A stretch of DNA of 37,598 bases. It comes from Gammaproteobacteria bacterium (GTDB taxonomy: Bacteria; Pseudomonadota; Gammaproteobacteria; Natronospirales; REEB76). The translations under genes were made by a program, and so were the position numbers. Location: NCBI GenBank assembly GCA_028871235.1, contig JAGWNO010000002.1, positions 1 to 37,598 on the forward strand, written 5' to 3'. The number at the start of each line of letters is the position of its first letter. Position 1 is the stretch's first letter. Positions 8,268 to 18,110 of the stretch are shown piece by piece. The notes beneath the pieces are model-generated. The model ran no database searches. It saw only the letters and a program-made list of their open reading frames with translations, and was not told the DNA's origin.

Positions 8268-9227
8268 ATGACGGAAACAGCAGAAACGAGCGGCGCCATC
8301 CACACTACGCATGCCGTCCGCAGCAGCTCCATAACAACCCCTGGTCAGCGGCATGTGGAGCATTTCCTGGATGCCATGTGGAGCGAACGCGGACTGGCGG
8401 AAAATACGCTGTCTGCCTACCGCGCGGACCTGGTAGGTCTCAGCCGCTGGCTCGATGAACAAGGCACCCCGATCAACAGCGCCCGGCGCGAGCACCTGCT
8501 GGCATTTCTCGCCTGGCGTGTGCAGCAAGGTACACGGCCGCGTTCCACCGCACGCCAGCTGTCCAGTATCCGCCGCTTTTACCGGTATCTGCTGCGCGAA
8601 GGCCGCATCACCGAGGATCCAAGCACACGCATCGACATGCCCAAGCTCGGCCGGCCGCTGCCGAAATCCCTGACGGAATCGGAAGTAGAGGCGCTGCTCA
8701 AGGCACCCGTCACCGATGAACCCCTCGGCATCCGCGACCGCGCCATGCTGGAATTGCTGTATGCCACCGGCCTGCGCGTGTCGGAACTGGTGAATCTGCG
8801 ACTCAGCCAGGTGAACCTGCGCCAGGGGGTGGTGCGGGTACTGGGCAAGGGTGACCGCGAGCGGCTCGTGCCCATGGGCGAGGAAGCCCAGAGCTGGATA
8901 GAAAAATACATGGGCAAGGCACGGCTCGAGATCCTCAACGAACAACAGACCGATTACCTGTTCCCCACGCGCCGCAGCGATCACATGACGCGCCAGGCGT
9001 TCTGGCACATCATCAAGCGCTACTCCCAGAAGGCCGATATCCGCACGTCATTGTCGCCGCATACGCTGCGCCACGCCTTCGCCACACACCTGTTGAATCA
9101 CGGTGCGGACTTGCGCGTGGTGCAGATGCTGCTGGGCCATAGCGATGTGTCCACCACGCAGATTTACACCCATGTGGCGCGCGAACGCCTGAAAGACCTG
9201 CACGCCCAGCATCACCCGCGCGGTTGA
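8268..9227 (+). CDS. xerD: Tyrosine recombinase XerD (chromosome dimer resolution)
   Basis: It has the Xer-type N-terminal SAM-like domain (FLDAMWSERGLAENTLSAYRADL). The catalytic region includes ATGLRVSELV, HTLRHAFATHLL and LLGHSDVSTTQIYTHV. The start was chosen at the ATG with an AAGAGG SD; the track start at 8223 is less likely. dsbC lies downstream, as in many gammaproteobacteria. Confidence 0.9.
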   Translation: MTETAETSGAIHTTHAVRSSSITTPGQRHVEHFLDAMWSERGLAENTLSAYRADLVGLSRWLDEQGTPINSARREHLLAFLAWRVQQGTRPRSTARQLSSIRRFYRYLLREGRITEDPSTRIDMPKLGRPLPKSLTESEVEALLKAPVTDEPLGIRDRAMLELLYATGLRVSELVNLRLSQVNLRQGVVRVLGKGDRERLVPMGEEAQSWIEKYMGKARLEILNEQQTDYLFPTRRSDHMTRQAFWHIIKRYSQKADIRTSLSPHTLRHAFATHLLNHGADLRVVQMLLGHSDVSTTQIYTHVARERLKDLHAQHHPRG

Positions 9228-9333
9228 AGGGCAGCACGCTTTCGCCCCCGGGCCGGGGGCGGGTATCATGGCCGCCGGGAACAAGCCACCGCGCGGCGCT
9301 GTCCCATACGTCATGGTCATTGACCGGGCCCCC

Positions 9334-10074
9334 ATGAAATCCGTGCTTGCTGTTGTGCTTGTGTGTGTGACGCTGCTGGCGGCGGCCGGCGCCCACGCCG
9401 GTGATCGCAGCACGGTAACGGCACAGCTCGCCGGCAAGCTCGGCCTCAAGCCCGCGGACGTGACTCTGGCTCCCATCCCGGGTCTGTACCGCATCATCAT
9501 CGGTCCGCAGGTGGCTTATGTGAGCGCCGACGGCCGTTACCTCATCCGCGGCGAGATCATCGACTTGCATGACGGCAGCAACCTTACGCAACCGCAGCGC
9601 GCCGCGGCGCGGCTCGACTACCTCAAGCGGCTTGGCGACGCCGACATGATCGTGTTCACGCCACCTCACCCCAGGCGCACCATCACCGTGCTCACCGATA
9701 TCGACTGCGAGTACTGCCGCCAGCTGGAGCATGACCGGCCCACGCTCAACGCCATGGGTATCGCGGTGCGCTATCTGTTTTTCCCGCGTGCCGGCGTCGG
9801 CTCGTCCTCGTGGGACAAGGCGGTATCGGTGTGGTGCGCCAAGGACCGCAAGGCGGCGTTCACCGCCGCCATGCAGGGCCATCCGCCGCCGAGCGTCAGC
9901 TGCGATCAGGCGCCAGTCGCGGCGGGCTACCAGTTCGGCGAACTGCTGGGCCTGGATGGCACGCCGGCGATCATCACCGACAAGGGCCAGCTGATCGACG
10001 GCTATCTTCCGGTGCGGGAGCTGGCGTCTGCGCTGGATCTCGCGACGCCGCCCGCGCCCAATGCGGTCCATTGA
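9334..10074 (+). CDS. dsbC: Thiol:disulfide interchange protein DsbC
   Basis: The start is the internal ATG that gives a signal peptide (MKSVLAVVLVCVTLLAAAGAHA). It has the CEYC active site in a thioredoxin fold, an N-terminal dimerisation domain and a second Cys pair (WC...C). Confidence 0.85.
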   Translation: MKSVLAVVLVCVTLLAAAGAHAGDRSTVTAQLAGKLGLKPADVTLAPIPGLYRIIIGPQVAYVSADGRYLIRGEIIDLHDGSNLTQPQRAAARLDYLKRLGDADMIVFTPPHPRRTITVLTDIDCEYCRQLEHDRPTLNAMGIAVRYLFFPRAGVGSSSWDKAVSVWCAKDRKAAFTAAMQGHPPPSVSCDQAPVAAGYQFGELLGLDGTPAIITDKGQLIDGYLPVRELASALDLATPPAPNAVH

Positions 10075-10083
10075 GCGATGCAC

Positions 10084-10125
10084 TTGATGCAGATCAAGTG
10101 TGCGGCCGCGACCCAATGCGATAAT
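10084..10125 (+). promoter_or_regulatory. FNR/ANR/Dnr-type class II promoter: TTGAT-N4-ATCAA box plus a GATAAT -10 hexamer
   Basis: cacTTGATgcagATCAAgtg is a perfect 20-nt palindrome (10081-10100) with box centre 10090.5. GATAAT at 10120-10125 places the box at about -41.5 relative to the implied TSS. It is about 90 nt upstream of the pseudoazurin ATG. Confidence 0.55.
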
Positions 10126-10215
10126 ATTCCCATGTGATGCGCAAATTCCGCATCGAACTCCGCCAGCTTCGCTGCTGCCGGCAGTGTCACCCCAGTCGTT
10201 TGCGAGGAGTCAAAG

Positions 10216-10665
10216 ATGAATAAACTGCTTGTATCGGGTGCAGTATTGGCTGTTTCCCTGTTAGCCGCCAATGCCTATGCCAAGGACTACACCGTCAAGG
10301 AACTGAACACCGGTGCCGACGGCACCTTCGTGTTCGAGCCCGCCTATCTGCACATCCAGCCGGGAGACACGGTGCACTTCGTGGCTGCCGACGCGGGCCA
10401 TGACAGCCAGTCCTTTCTGACGCCCAAGGGCGCGGAGGGTTGGAAGAGTGAGATCAGCAAGGACCTGACGGTGAAGTTCGGCGTGCAGGGCGTCTATCTA
10501 TACGAGTGCAATCCGCATCACCAGTTTGGCATGCTGGGGGTGATCCAGGTGGGCAAGGCCGTCAACGAGGACGCCGCCAAGAAAGCCGCCGCGGCCATGG
10601 AGCAACAGCAGCTCATGAACCAGGGGCGTCTTGAGAAACTGATGCAGGACGTGACAGCCAAGTAA
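10216..10665 (+). CDS. Pseudoazurin (type 1 blue copper electron carrier)
   Basis: 149 aa with a signal peptide (...LLAANAYA). Cupredoxin ligands are present: His in DAGHDS, and C-x2-H-x4-M in YECNPHHQFGM, which is the pseudoazurin spacing. A GAGGAG SD is present. Confidence 0.85.
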   Translation: MNKLLVSGAVLAVSLLAANAYAKDYTVKELNTGADGTFVFEPAYLHIQPGDTVHFVAADAGHDSQSFLTPKGAEGWKSEISKDLTVKFGVQGVYLYECNPHHQFGMLGVIQVGKAVNEDAAKKAAAAMEQQQLMNQGRLEKLMQDVTAK

Positions 10666-10690
10666 ATCAAGATCGCCGCCAAATAAAAAC

Positions 10691-10720
10691 GCCCGTCGGT
10701 GAGGACGGGCGTAGTGTTTT
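10691..10720. terminator. Bidirectional rho-independent terminator shared by the convergent pseudoazurin and fdxA genes
   Basis: The stem is GCCCGTC-ggtgag-GACGGGC. It is flanked by AAAAAC on the left (a T-run for the minus strand) and GTAGTGTTTT on the right. Confidence 0.7.
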
Positions 10721-10731
10721 ATGAGCGGATA

Positions 10732-11055
10732 TCAGCGTTCCAGCAGTTTGAGTTTTTCTGTTTTGCCTTCCCATTGCTTGGCATCGGCAGGTGCGGATTT
10801 CTGCTGTGTGAGGACCGGCCAGTTCTTCGCCAGCTCCGCATTGAGCTCGCGGAAATGTTGCTGATCCTCCGGCAGATCGTCCTCGGAGTAAATCGCGTTG
10901 ATCGGACATTCCGGCTCGCACAGGGTGCAGTCAATGCACTCGTCCGGATCGATCACCAGGAAGTTGGGACCCTCATGGAAGCAGTCCACGGGGCATACCT
11001 CCACGCAGTCGGTGTATTTGCACTTGATGCAGTTCTCCGTGACGACGAAGGCCAT
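10732..11055 (-). CDS. fdxA: 7Fe ferredoxin FdxA ([3Fe-4S][4Fe-4S], Azotobacter FdI type)
   Basis: 107 aa starting [29 protein letters not shown]...[12 protein letters not shown], the canonical FdI cysteine pattern. The start was moved to the internal ATG of the 112-aa track ORF. Confidence 0.9.
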   Translation of the reverse strand: MAFVVTENCIKCKYTDCVEVCPVDCFHEGPNFLVIDPDECIDCTLCEPECPINAIYSEDDLPEDQQHFRELNAELAKNWPVLTQQKSAPADAKQWEGKTEKLKLLER

Positions 11056-11120
11056 GCTCCATTCCTCCACAGACGCAGATCACCTGCTGATTCTGCCATA
11101 AGCTCCGGCGGCGCGCTGCT

Positions 11121-11663
11121 TCAGGCCGCCGAGGGTTTCCGCCAGACGGTGCTGTGAAACCCGAAGTGGCGCCGGCGGCGGTCTTCGAGGAAGCATTCCA
11201 GGGTGTAGTGCACGCTGGGGAAGGCGATCTCCGCCCAGGGGATAGCCTGCTCCTCGGTCAGCACGGAATCCAGACTCTCCGCTCCCGTGCCGTAGCGCCC
11301 GTCTTTCAGCCGTCCGCGGAACATGAGATGTACCTGGCTGATATGCGGTACGCTCACCAGCGCGAAGGGCGCGATGATTTCCACTTCCGCCAAAGCTTCT
11401 TCCGCAGCTTCACGCATGGCCGCCTGTTCGGTGGTTTCACCGTTCTCCATGAAGCCTGCGGGCAGAGTCCAGTAACCCTTGCGCGGCTCGATGGCACGGC
11501 GGCAGAGCAGTATCTTCCCATCCCATTCGGAAACGCAGCCCACCACCAGCTTGGGGTTCTGGTAATGGATGGTGCCGCAATGCCCGCAGACCCGGCGGGG
11601 CAGGTGGTCGCCGGGCGGTATCTGCACCGTCAACTCGTGACCGCACTGGCTGCAATACTTCAT
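11121..11663 (-). CDS. NUDIX hydrolase with N-terminal zinc ribbon
   Basis: 180 aa starting MKYCSQCGHE...CGHCG (zinc ribbon). The Nudix box is GFMENGETTEQAAMREAAEEALAEV. The 216-aa track ORF upstream of this ATG is a read-through of the tRNA gene. Confidence 0.85.
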   Translation of the reverse strand: MKYCSQCGHELTVQIPPGDHLPRRVCGHCGTIHYQNPKLVVGCVSEWDGKILLCRRAIEPRKGYWTLPAGFMENGETTEQAAMREAAEEALAEVEIIAPFALVSVPHISQVHLMFRGRLKDGRYGTGAESLDSVLTEEQAIPWAEIAFPSVHYTLECFLEDRRRRHFGFHSTVWRKPSAA

Positions 11664-11690
11664 TCGATGTGCAGGCTGACAGCTGTGGGT

Positions 11691-11778
11691 GGTGCCCGGA
11701 GTCGGAATCGAACCGACACTCCTTTGAGGGGAACGGGATTTTGAGTCCCGCGCGTCTACCAGTTCCGCCACCCGGGCA
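11691..11778 (-). tRNA. tRNA-Leu (anticodon CAA), type II tRNA with long variable arm and encoded CCA
   Basis: Minus-strand sequence: GCCCGGGTGGCGGAACTGGTAGACGCGCGGGACTCAAAATCCCGTTCCCCTCAAAGGAGTGTCGGTTCGATTCCGACTCCGGGCACCA. It has a 7-bp acceptor stem, anticodon stem CGGGA/TCCCG, loop CTCAAAA and T arm GTCGG-TTCGATT-CCGAC. Confidence 0.9.
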
Positions 11779-12147
11779 AGGCCTATAAATCACCGAGCTG
11801 CGTTATTCTGGTGTAGGGTCGCGCGTATTTTGCCATAGTCCTGTCATAGTGACGAACTGCTGGGACCCCAAGCTCTTGCCGTAATACCAGCGCGGATATT
11901 CCGCCAATGCACCCGTGCTAAATTTAGCTGAGGCCAGCGCCTGAAGAACCGGGTGCAGTCCAAACTAGCTACCAAGCTGATCCAGTCAGTGTCACATCCG
12001 CGTGTTTCCACGCCTCCCGGAACTGCTTTTTAGCCCTTGCCGCCTCAGCGACTTTCTTCTGGGCCTTGTGCACGTCCGTACAACTCAAAAGCTAGGGGGC
12101 ATGCACCCAGATGCATGGAGGTGTAGAGAGCAGAAAAATTCTGCCCT

Positions 12148-12186
12148 TTTGAGTTCCATGCGTCTACCAGTCCGGCCACCCGGGCA
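12148..12186 (-). pseudogene. Truncated, diverged copy of the 5' half of tRNA-Leu(CAA), from the acceptor 5' strand through the anticodon loop
   Basis: GCCCGGGTGGCCGGACTGGTAGACGCATGGAACTCAAAA matches the first 39 nt of the intact tRNA at 34/39 positions by my count, in the same orientation. Nothing downstream pairs with its anticodon stem (TGGAA) or acceptor, and there is no T arm. Confidence 0.6.
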
Positions 12187-12334
12187 GGCGACGACCTGTT
12201 GGCACTCTACTGCGCTTGGCATTTCGGACCGAGTTTCCTGCACTTCGGCATTGATTGAGTTGTCCTGACTGCGCCCGGCGGGTGCCGGGCGCGGATTTCT
12301 GGTTGCCCGCCGATGCTGTTACCCTGTGCCGCCT

Positions 12335-14490
<2,156 letters not shown>

Positions 14491-14549
14491 TCCGCGGCCG
14501 CGGACCGGCCCCAACCCGCGCCGGACGTTGTAAAATCCGCATTCTCCCG

Positions 14550-14575
14550 CCGGGCAGCCGCCCGGCTTTGTTTGA
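14550..14575 (+). terminator. Weak hairpin plus T-rich tract between tgt and yajC (possible partial terminator or attenuator)
   Basis: CCGGGC-agcc-GCCCGG is followed by CTTTGTTTG. The stem is short, so the call is tentative. Confidence 0.3.
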
Positions 14576-14594
14576 CCAGGACCTAGGATCACCC

Positions 14595-14930
14595 ATGCGC
14601 TACCTAATCTCCGACGCCTACGCCGCCGGCGGCGCGCCCGCCCCGCAGGGCAGCGACCCCATCGTCACTATCGTCATCTTCGGTGCCATCATCGCGTTTT
14701 TCTGGTTCTTCCTCATCCGGCCGCAGCAGAAGCGCCAGAAAGAACACCAGAAAATGCTCACCGCCCTCAACAAGGGCGACGAGGTGGTGACCAACGGCGG
14801 CGTGCTCGGCCGCGTCAAGGACGTGGGCGACCACTTCCTTACGCTGGAGATCGCGCAGGGCGTCGAGATCCGGGTGCAGAAGCAGGCGGTGAGCGCGGTG
14901 CTGCCCAAGGGCACCCTCAAGAACCTTTAG
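14595..14930 (+). CDS. yajC: Preprotein translocase subunit YajC
   Basis: 111 aa with a single TM (IVIFGAIIAFFWFFLIRPQQKRQKEH) and the GDEVVTNGGVLGRV motif. It sits directly upstream of secD. Confidence 0.9.
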   Translation: MRYLISDAYAAGGAPAPQGSDPIVTIVIFGAIIAFFWFFLIRPQQKRQKEHQKMLTALNKGDEVVTNGGVLGRVKDVGDHFLTLEIAQGVEIRVQKQAVSAVLPKGTLKNL

Positions 14931-14953
14931 GCCTGCCGGACCGGACTCAAGTC

Positions 14954-16801
14954 ATGCTGAACCGTTATCCGTCCTGGAAAAACATCACCGTCATCCTGGT
15001 GACGGTGATCGGTATCCTGCTGGCGCTGCCCAACCTGTACGGCGAGGATCCTTCGGTACAGGTTTCCGAGAACAACGCCCAGGTGAGCAGCGCCACTACC
15101 CTGCAGGTGGAGCAGGCGCTGGATGCCGCCAAACTGCCGTATAAATCCGCGGTCATCAGCGATAACCGCGTACTGGTGCGTTTCAGCGACACCGATACGC
15201 AACTGCGCGCACTCAGCGTGGTGAAGAAATCCCTGGGCAGCAACTTCGTGGTGGCGCTGAATCTGGCGCCGCGCACGCCCCGCTGGATCCGCGATATCGG
15301 CCTCCGGCCCATGGCCAAGGGTCTTGATCTGCAGGGCGGCGTGCATTTCCAGCTGCAGGTGGATCTGGATGCGGCGGTGCAGGCGAAACTGCAGCGCGAC
15401 ATGACCGACCTGCGCGGTGCCATGCGCGAGAAGCTCATCCATTACCAGGATGTGTCCATAAGCGGTGACACCATCAACATGCTGTTCCGCACGGCGGATG
15501 ACGTGAGCAAGGCGCGGGCGCTGTTAAGCACGCAGTATCCGGAACTGACCGTCAACTCCGGCACCCCGGCCAATTCGCTGGCGGCACGCATCAGCCCCCA
15601 GGCCGTGCAATCCATCCGGCAGCTGGCGGTGGAACAGAACATCACCACGCTGCGCAACCGCGTGAACGAGCTGGGCGTAGCGGAACCTGTGGTGCAGCAG
15701 CAGGGCGGCAACAGCATAGTGGTGGAGCTGCCGGGCGTGCAGGATACGGCCCGCGCCAAGGAGATACTCGGCGCCACCGCGACCCTGGAGTTCCGGCTGG
15801 TGGATTACACCGCGGACGCAGTAAGCGCACAGAAAACCGGCCACATCCCGCTGGATGACCAGCTGTTTACCGACAAGTCCGGCCGCCCGGTGCTGCTTAA
15901 GCGCGACGTGATCGTGAGCGGCGACCAGCTGGTGAACGCCACCTCGGGCTTCAGCCAGGAGGACGGTACGCCGGATGTGAACGTGACGCTGGATTCCGCC
16001 GGTGCCGCCAAGATGGGCGAGACCACCCGCGAGAATCTCAACAGGCCCATGGCGGTGCTCTATATCGAGACCAAGACCGAGAGGACCACGGTCAACGGCC
16101 AGGTCATACCGGTCCACAAGAAGGTCTATACAGTCATCAATGTCGCCACCATCCGCGGCATCTTCAGCAAGAATTTCCAGATCAGCGGCCTCGGCCAGGA
16201 TGAGGCCAAGAACCTGTCGCTGCTGTTGCGCGCCGGATCGCTGGCGGCGCCCATGGACATCGTCGAGGAGCGTACCGTGGGACCGAGCCTCGGCCAGGAG
16301 AACATCAAGCAGGGTTTCTACGCGGCGCTCCTGGGCTTCGTCCTGGTGGTGGTGTTCATCGCCATGTACTACAAGACCTTCGGCGTGATCGCCGACCTGG
16401 CGGTATTCATGAACCTGGTGCTGACGGTGGCGCTGCTGACCATCTTCCAGGCGACCCTCACCTTGCCAGGCATCGCCGGCATAGTGCTCACGCTGGGCAT
16501 GGGCGTGGACGCCAACGTGCTGATCAACGAGCACATCCGCGAGGAAGTGCGCGCCGGCAACTCGCCGCAGGCGAGCATCCACGCGGGCTATGAGCGCGCC
16601 TTCGCCACCATCGTGGACGCGCACGTGACCACGCTCACCGCCGCCGTCATGCTGTTCCTGTTCGGCACCGGTCCGGTGAAGGGCTTCGCCGTAACGCTGT
16701 CACTCGGCATCCTCACCTCGCTGTTCACCGCCATCATGGGCACGCGGTCCATCGTCAACTGGGTGTACGGTGGGCGCAAGCTCACCCGGCTGCCGGTGTA
16801 A
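14954..16801 (+). CDS. secD: Protein translocase subunit SecD
   Basis: 615 aa with an N-terminal TM, a large periplasmic domain and a C-terminal 5-TM bundle (GIAGIVLTLGMGVDANVLI). yajC-secD-secF order. Confidence 0.95.
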   Translation: MLNRYPSWKNITVILVTVIGILLALPNLYGEDPSVQVSENNAQVSSATTLQVEQALDAAKLPYKSAVISDNRVLVRFSDTDTQLRALSVVKKSLGSNFVVALNLAPRTPRWIRDIGLRPMAKGLDLQGGVHFQLQVDLDAAVQAKLQRDMTDLRGAMREKLIHYQDVSISGDTINMLFRTADDVSKARALLSTQYPELTVNSGTPANSLAARISPQAVQSIRQLAVEQNITTLRNRVNELGVAEPVVQQQGGNSIVVELPGVQDTARAKEILGATATLEFRLVDYTADAVSAQKTGHIPLDDQLFTDKSGRPVLLKRDVIVSGDQLVNATSGFSQEDGTPDVNVTLDSAGAAKMGETTRENLNRPMAVLYIETKTERTTVNGQVIPVHKKVYTVINVATIRGIFSKNFQISGLGQDEAKNLSLLLRAGSLAAPMDIVEERTVGPSLGQENIKQGFYAALLGFVLVVVFIAMYYKTFGVIADLAVFMNLVLTVALLTIFQATLTLPGIAGIVLTLGMGVDANVLINEHIREEVRAGNSPQASIHAGYERAFATIVDAHVTTLTAAVMLFLFGTGPVKGFAVTLSLGILTSLFTAIMGTRSIVNWVYGGRKLTRLPV

Positions 16802-16813
16802 GGGAGACAGGTC

Positions 16814-17749
16814 ATGGAGTTCTTTCACAAGGTCCCGCACATCAACTTCCTTGCGGTCCGCAAGCTGGCCATGGGCATGTCGGTGGTGGTGCTGCTCATC
16901 GCCATCGCCTCGCTGGTCATACATGGGCTCAATTTCGGCGTGGATTTCACCGGCGGTGTGACGGTACAGGTCTCCTACCCGGCGCCGGCGGACTTGCAAA
17001 CGGTGCGCTCCACGCTCGCCAGGGCGGGTTTCCCGGACGCCATCGTGCAGAATTTCGGCACACCCGAGGAGGTACTCATCCGCCTGCAGCCCAAGCGGGG
17101 GGTATCGGGCAAGGACACCGGCAACAATGTGATGGACGCGCTGCAAAAAGTGACGCCGCAGGTGAAACTTGAGCAGGTGAACTTCGTAGGTCCAGAGGTA
17201 GGCAAGGACCTGGCCTACAAGGGCGCACTGGCCTTCATCCTGACGCTGCTCGGCATCCTTGCCTACGTGTGGTTGCGCTTCGAACGGCGCCTCGCCATCG
17301 GCGGCGTGCTGGCGACCCTGCACGATGTGGTGTTCGTGGTGGGCGTCTTCTCGATCTTTCACATCGAGTTCGATCTCAACGTGCTGGCGGCGGTGCTGGC
17401 GGTGATGGGTTACTCGGTGAACGATACCGTGGTGGTGTTCGACCGCATCCGCGAGGATTTCCGCAAGCTGCGCAAGGGAACGCCCTTCGAAATCATCAAC
17501 CTGGCCATCAACCAGACCCTGTCGCGCACCATCATCACTTCCGGCACCACTCTGCTGGTGGTGATTGCGCTCCTGATCCTCGGCGGCCCGGTGCTGCACG
17601 GTTTCTCATTGGCGCTGTTCGTGGGCATCATCGTCGGTACCTACTCGTCCATCTACATCGCCAGCGCGGCGGCTTTCATGCTGGGCGTGAGCAAGAAGGA
17701 CCTGATGGTGCGGGTCAAGGGGGATCAGCCGGTGGATGACATGCCCTGA
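16814..17749 (+). CDS. secF: Protein translocase subunit SecF
   Basis: 311 aa with the conserved GYSVNDTVVVFDRIRE motif and 6 TM segments. Confidence 0.95.
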   Translation: MEFFHKVPHINFLAVRKLAMGMSVVVLLIAIASLVIHGLNFGVDFTGGVTVQVSYPAPADLQTVRSTLARAGFPDAIVQNFGTPEEVLIRLQPKRGVSGKDTGNNVMDALQKVTPQVKLEQVNFVGPEVGKDLAYKGALAFILTLLGILAYVWLRFERRLAIGGVLATLHDVVFVVGVFSIFHIEFDLNVLAAVLAVMGYSVNDTVVVFDRIREDFRKLRKGTPFEIINLAINQTLSRTIITSGTTLLVVIALLILGGPVLHGFSLALFVGIIVGTYSSIYIASAAAFMLGVSKKDLMVRVKGDQPVDDMP

Positions 17750-17779
17750 GGGGCTACTGCGTTATTGCTGGTTGAAGAT

Positions 17780-17810
17780 AAAGGGCGCCTGTGGCGCCCT
17801 TTCATTTTTT
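17780..17810 (+). terminator. Rho-independent terminator of the secDF operon
   Basis: AAAGGGCGCC-tgt-GGCGCCCTTT is a 10-bp stem followed by CATTTTTT, 31 nt after the secF stop. Confidence 0.8.
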
Positions 17811-18110
17811 CCCTCACCCAGAGGGAGAGGGTCAGAATGAGGGGAAGATATTTTGCGCGACCTCCGGCCGCAATTATTGAATACGGGTTCCCGCACCCGC
17901 GGGCGTGGTACTTTCCTTGTGCGAACTAGGAAAGTACCCAAAGGAAATCGCCCCTGGGATGCCGCCGCTTCGCGGTCCCCTGCGCGCTTCCCTCGCTCGG
18001 AGCTTCGCAGACGGACCATCCATGGTCCGCTGCGAAGGCTCGCCATCCTGGCTTTGCCCGCTGCGCGGCCCGATCCTCGCTCAGTCCAGTGCTCGGCGGC
18101 ATCCAAGGGG
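17811..18110. repeat. Composite extragenic palindromic element (nested hairpins plus a long-range inverted repeat), non-coding
   Basis: An 11-bp perfect hairpin, GGTACTTTCCT-N10-AGGAAAGTACC, spans 17907-17938. A 16-bp stem with a 1-nt bulge spans 18003-18037 (CTTCGCAGaCGGACCAT-cc-ATGGTCCGCTGCGAAG). 17-nt inverted arms at 17951-17967 and 18094-18110 match at 16/17. CCCTC/GAGGG hairpins lie at 17811-17845. Both-strand track ORFs here translate to the same peptide (GTFLVRTRKVP), which is the signature of a palindrome rather than a gene. Confidence 0.55.

Noticed and set aside
8268-9227. Tyrosine recombinase 2.4 kb from a tRNA gene, which could be the integrase of a genomic island.
   Set aside because: The sequence has XerD-type motifs and length and sits in the conserved xerD-dsbC arrangement. 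The genes between it and the tRNA are ordinary, with no phage, ICE or transposon functions.
11121-11771. 216-aa track ORF whose N-terminus reads MAELVDARDSKSRSPQRSVGSIPTPGTT.
   Set aside because: The first roughly 36 codons are a translation of the tRNA-Leu gene, a familiar artefact peptide. The real NUDIX gene starts at the ATG at 11663 (MKYCSQCGHE).
12120-12130. AGGTGTAGAGA on the plus strand resembles the conserved J6/7-P7 segment (AAGGUGUAGAGAC...) of tRNA-borne IC3 group I introns such as the Azoarcus tRNA-Ile and cyanobacterial tRNA-Leu introns. It lies right beside the tRNA-Leu half copy, which raised the idea of an intron-split tRNA gene.
   Set aside because: The match is on the opposite strand to the tRNA fragment and diverges at the critical GACU(A/C) of P7. 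No P7 3' partner is present, and I could not build a GGGAAACC-type P4/P5 or any other core element convincingly. There is also no 3' exon (T arm or acceptor 3' strand) anywhere in the spacer. I treat it as a chance 11-mer unless an Rfam Intron_gpI scan says otherwise.
12002-12268. 88-aa plus-strand ORF inside the tRNA-Leu/queA spacer. The opposite strand carries a roughly 39-codon Lys/Ala-rich frame (...DVHKAQKKVAEAARAKKQFREAWKHADV...).
   Set aside because: The plus-strand ORF runs through the tRNA half copy and has no SD and an implausible composition. The minus-strand frame looks more protein-like but is short, has only a TTG/GTG start without an SD, and ends abruptly. At best it is a gene remnant, so I did not annotate it.
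17951-18110. Repeated motifs (CTGCGCG...CCTCGCTC twice, plus inverted arms) that might hint at a CRISPR-like or tandem-repeat array.
   Set aside because: There are only two imperfect direct copies with irregular spacing, embedded in palindromes, and there is no repeat-spacer periodicity. The pattern fits an extragenic palindromic element, not a CRISPR array.
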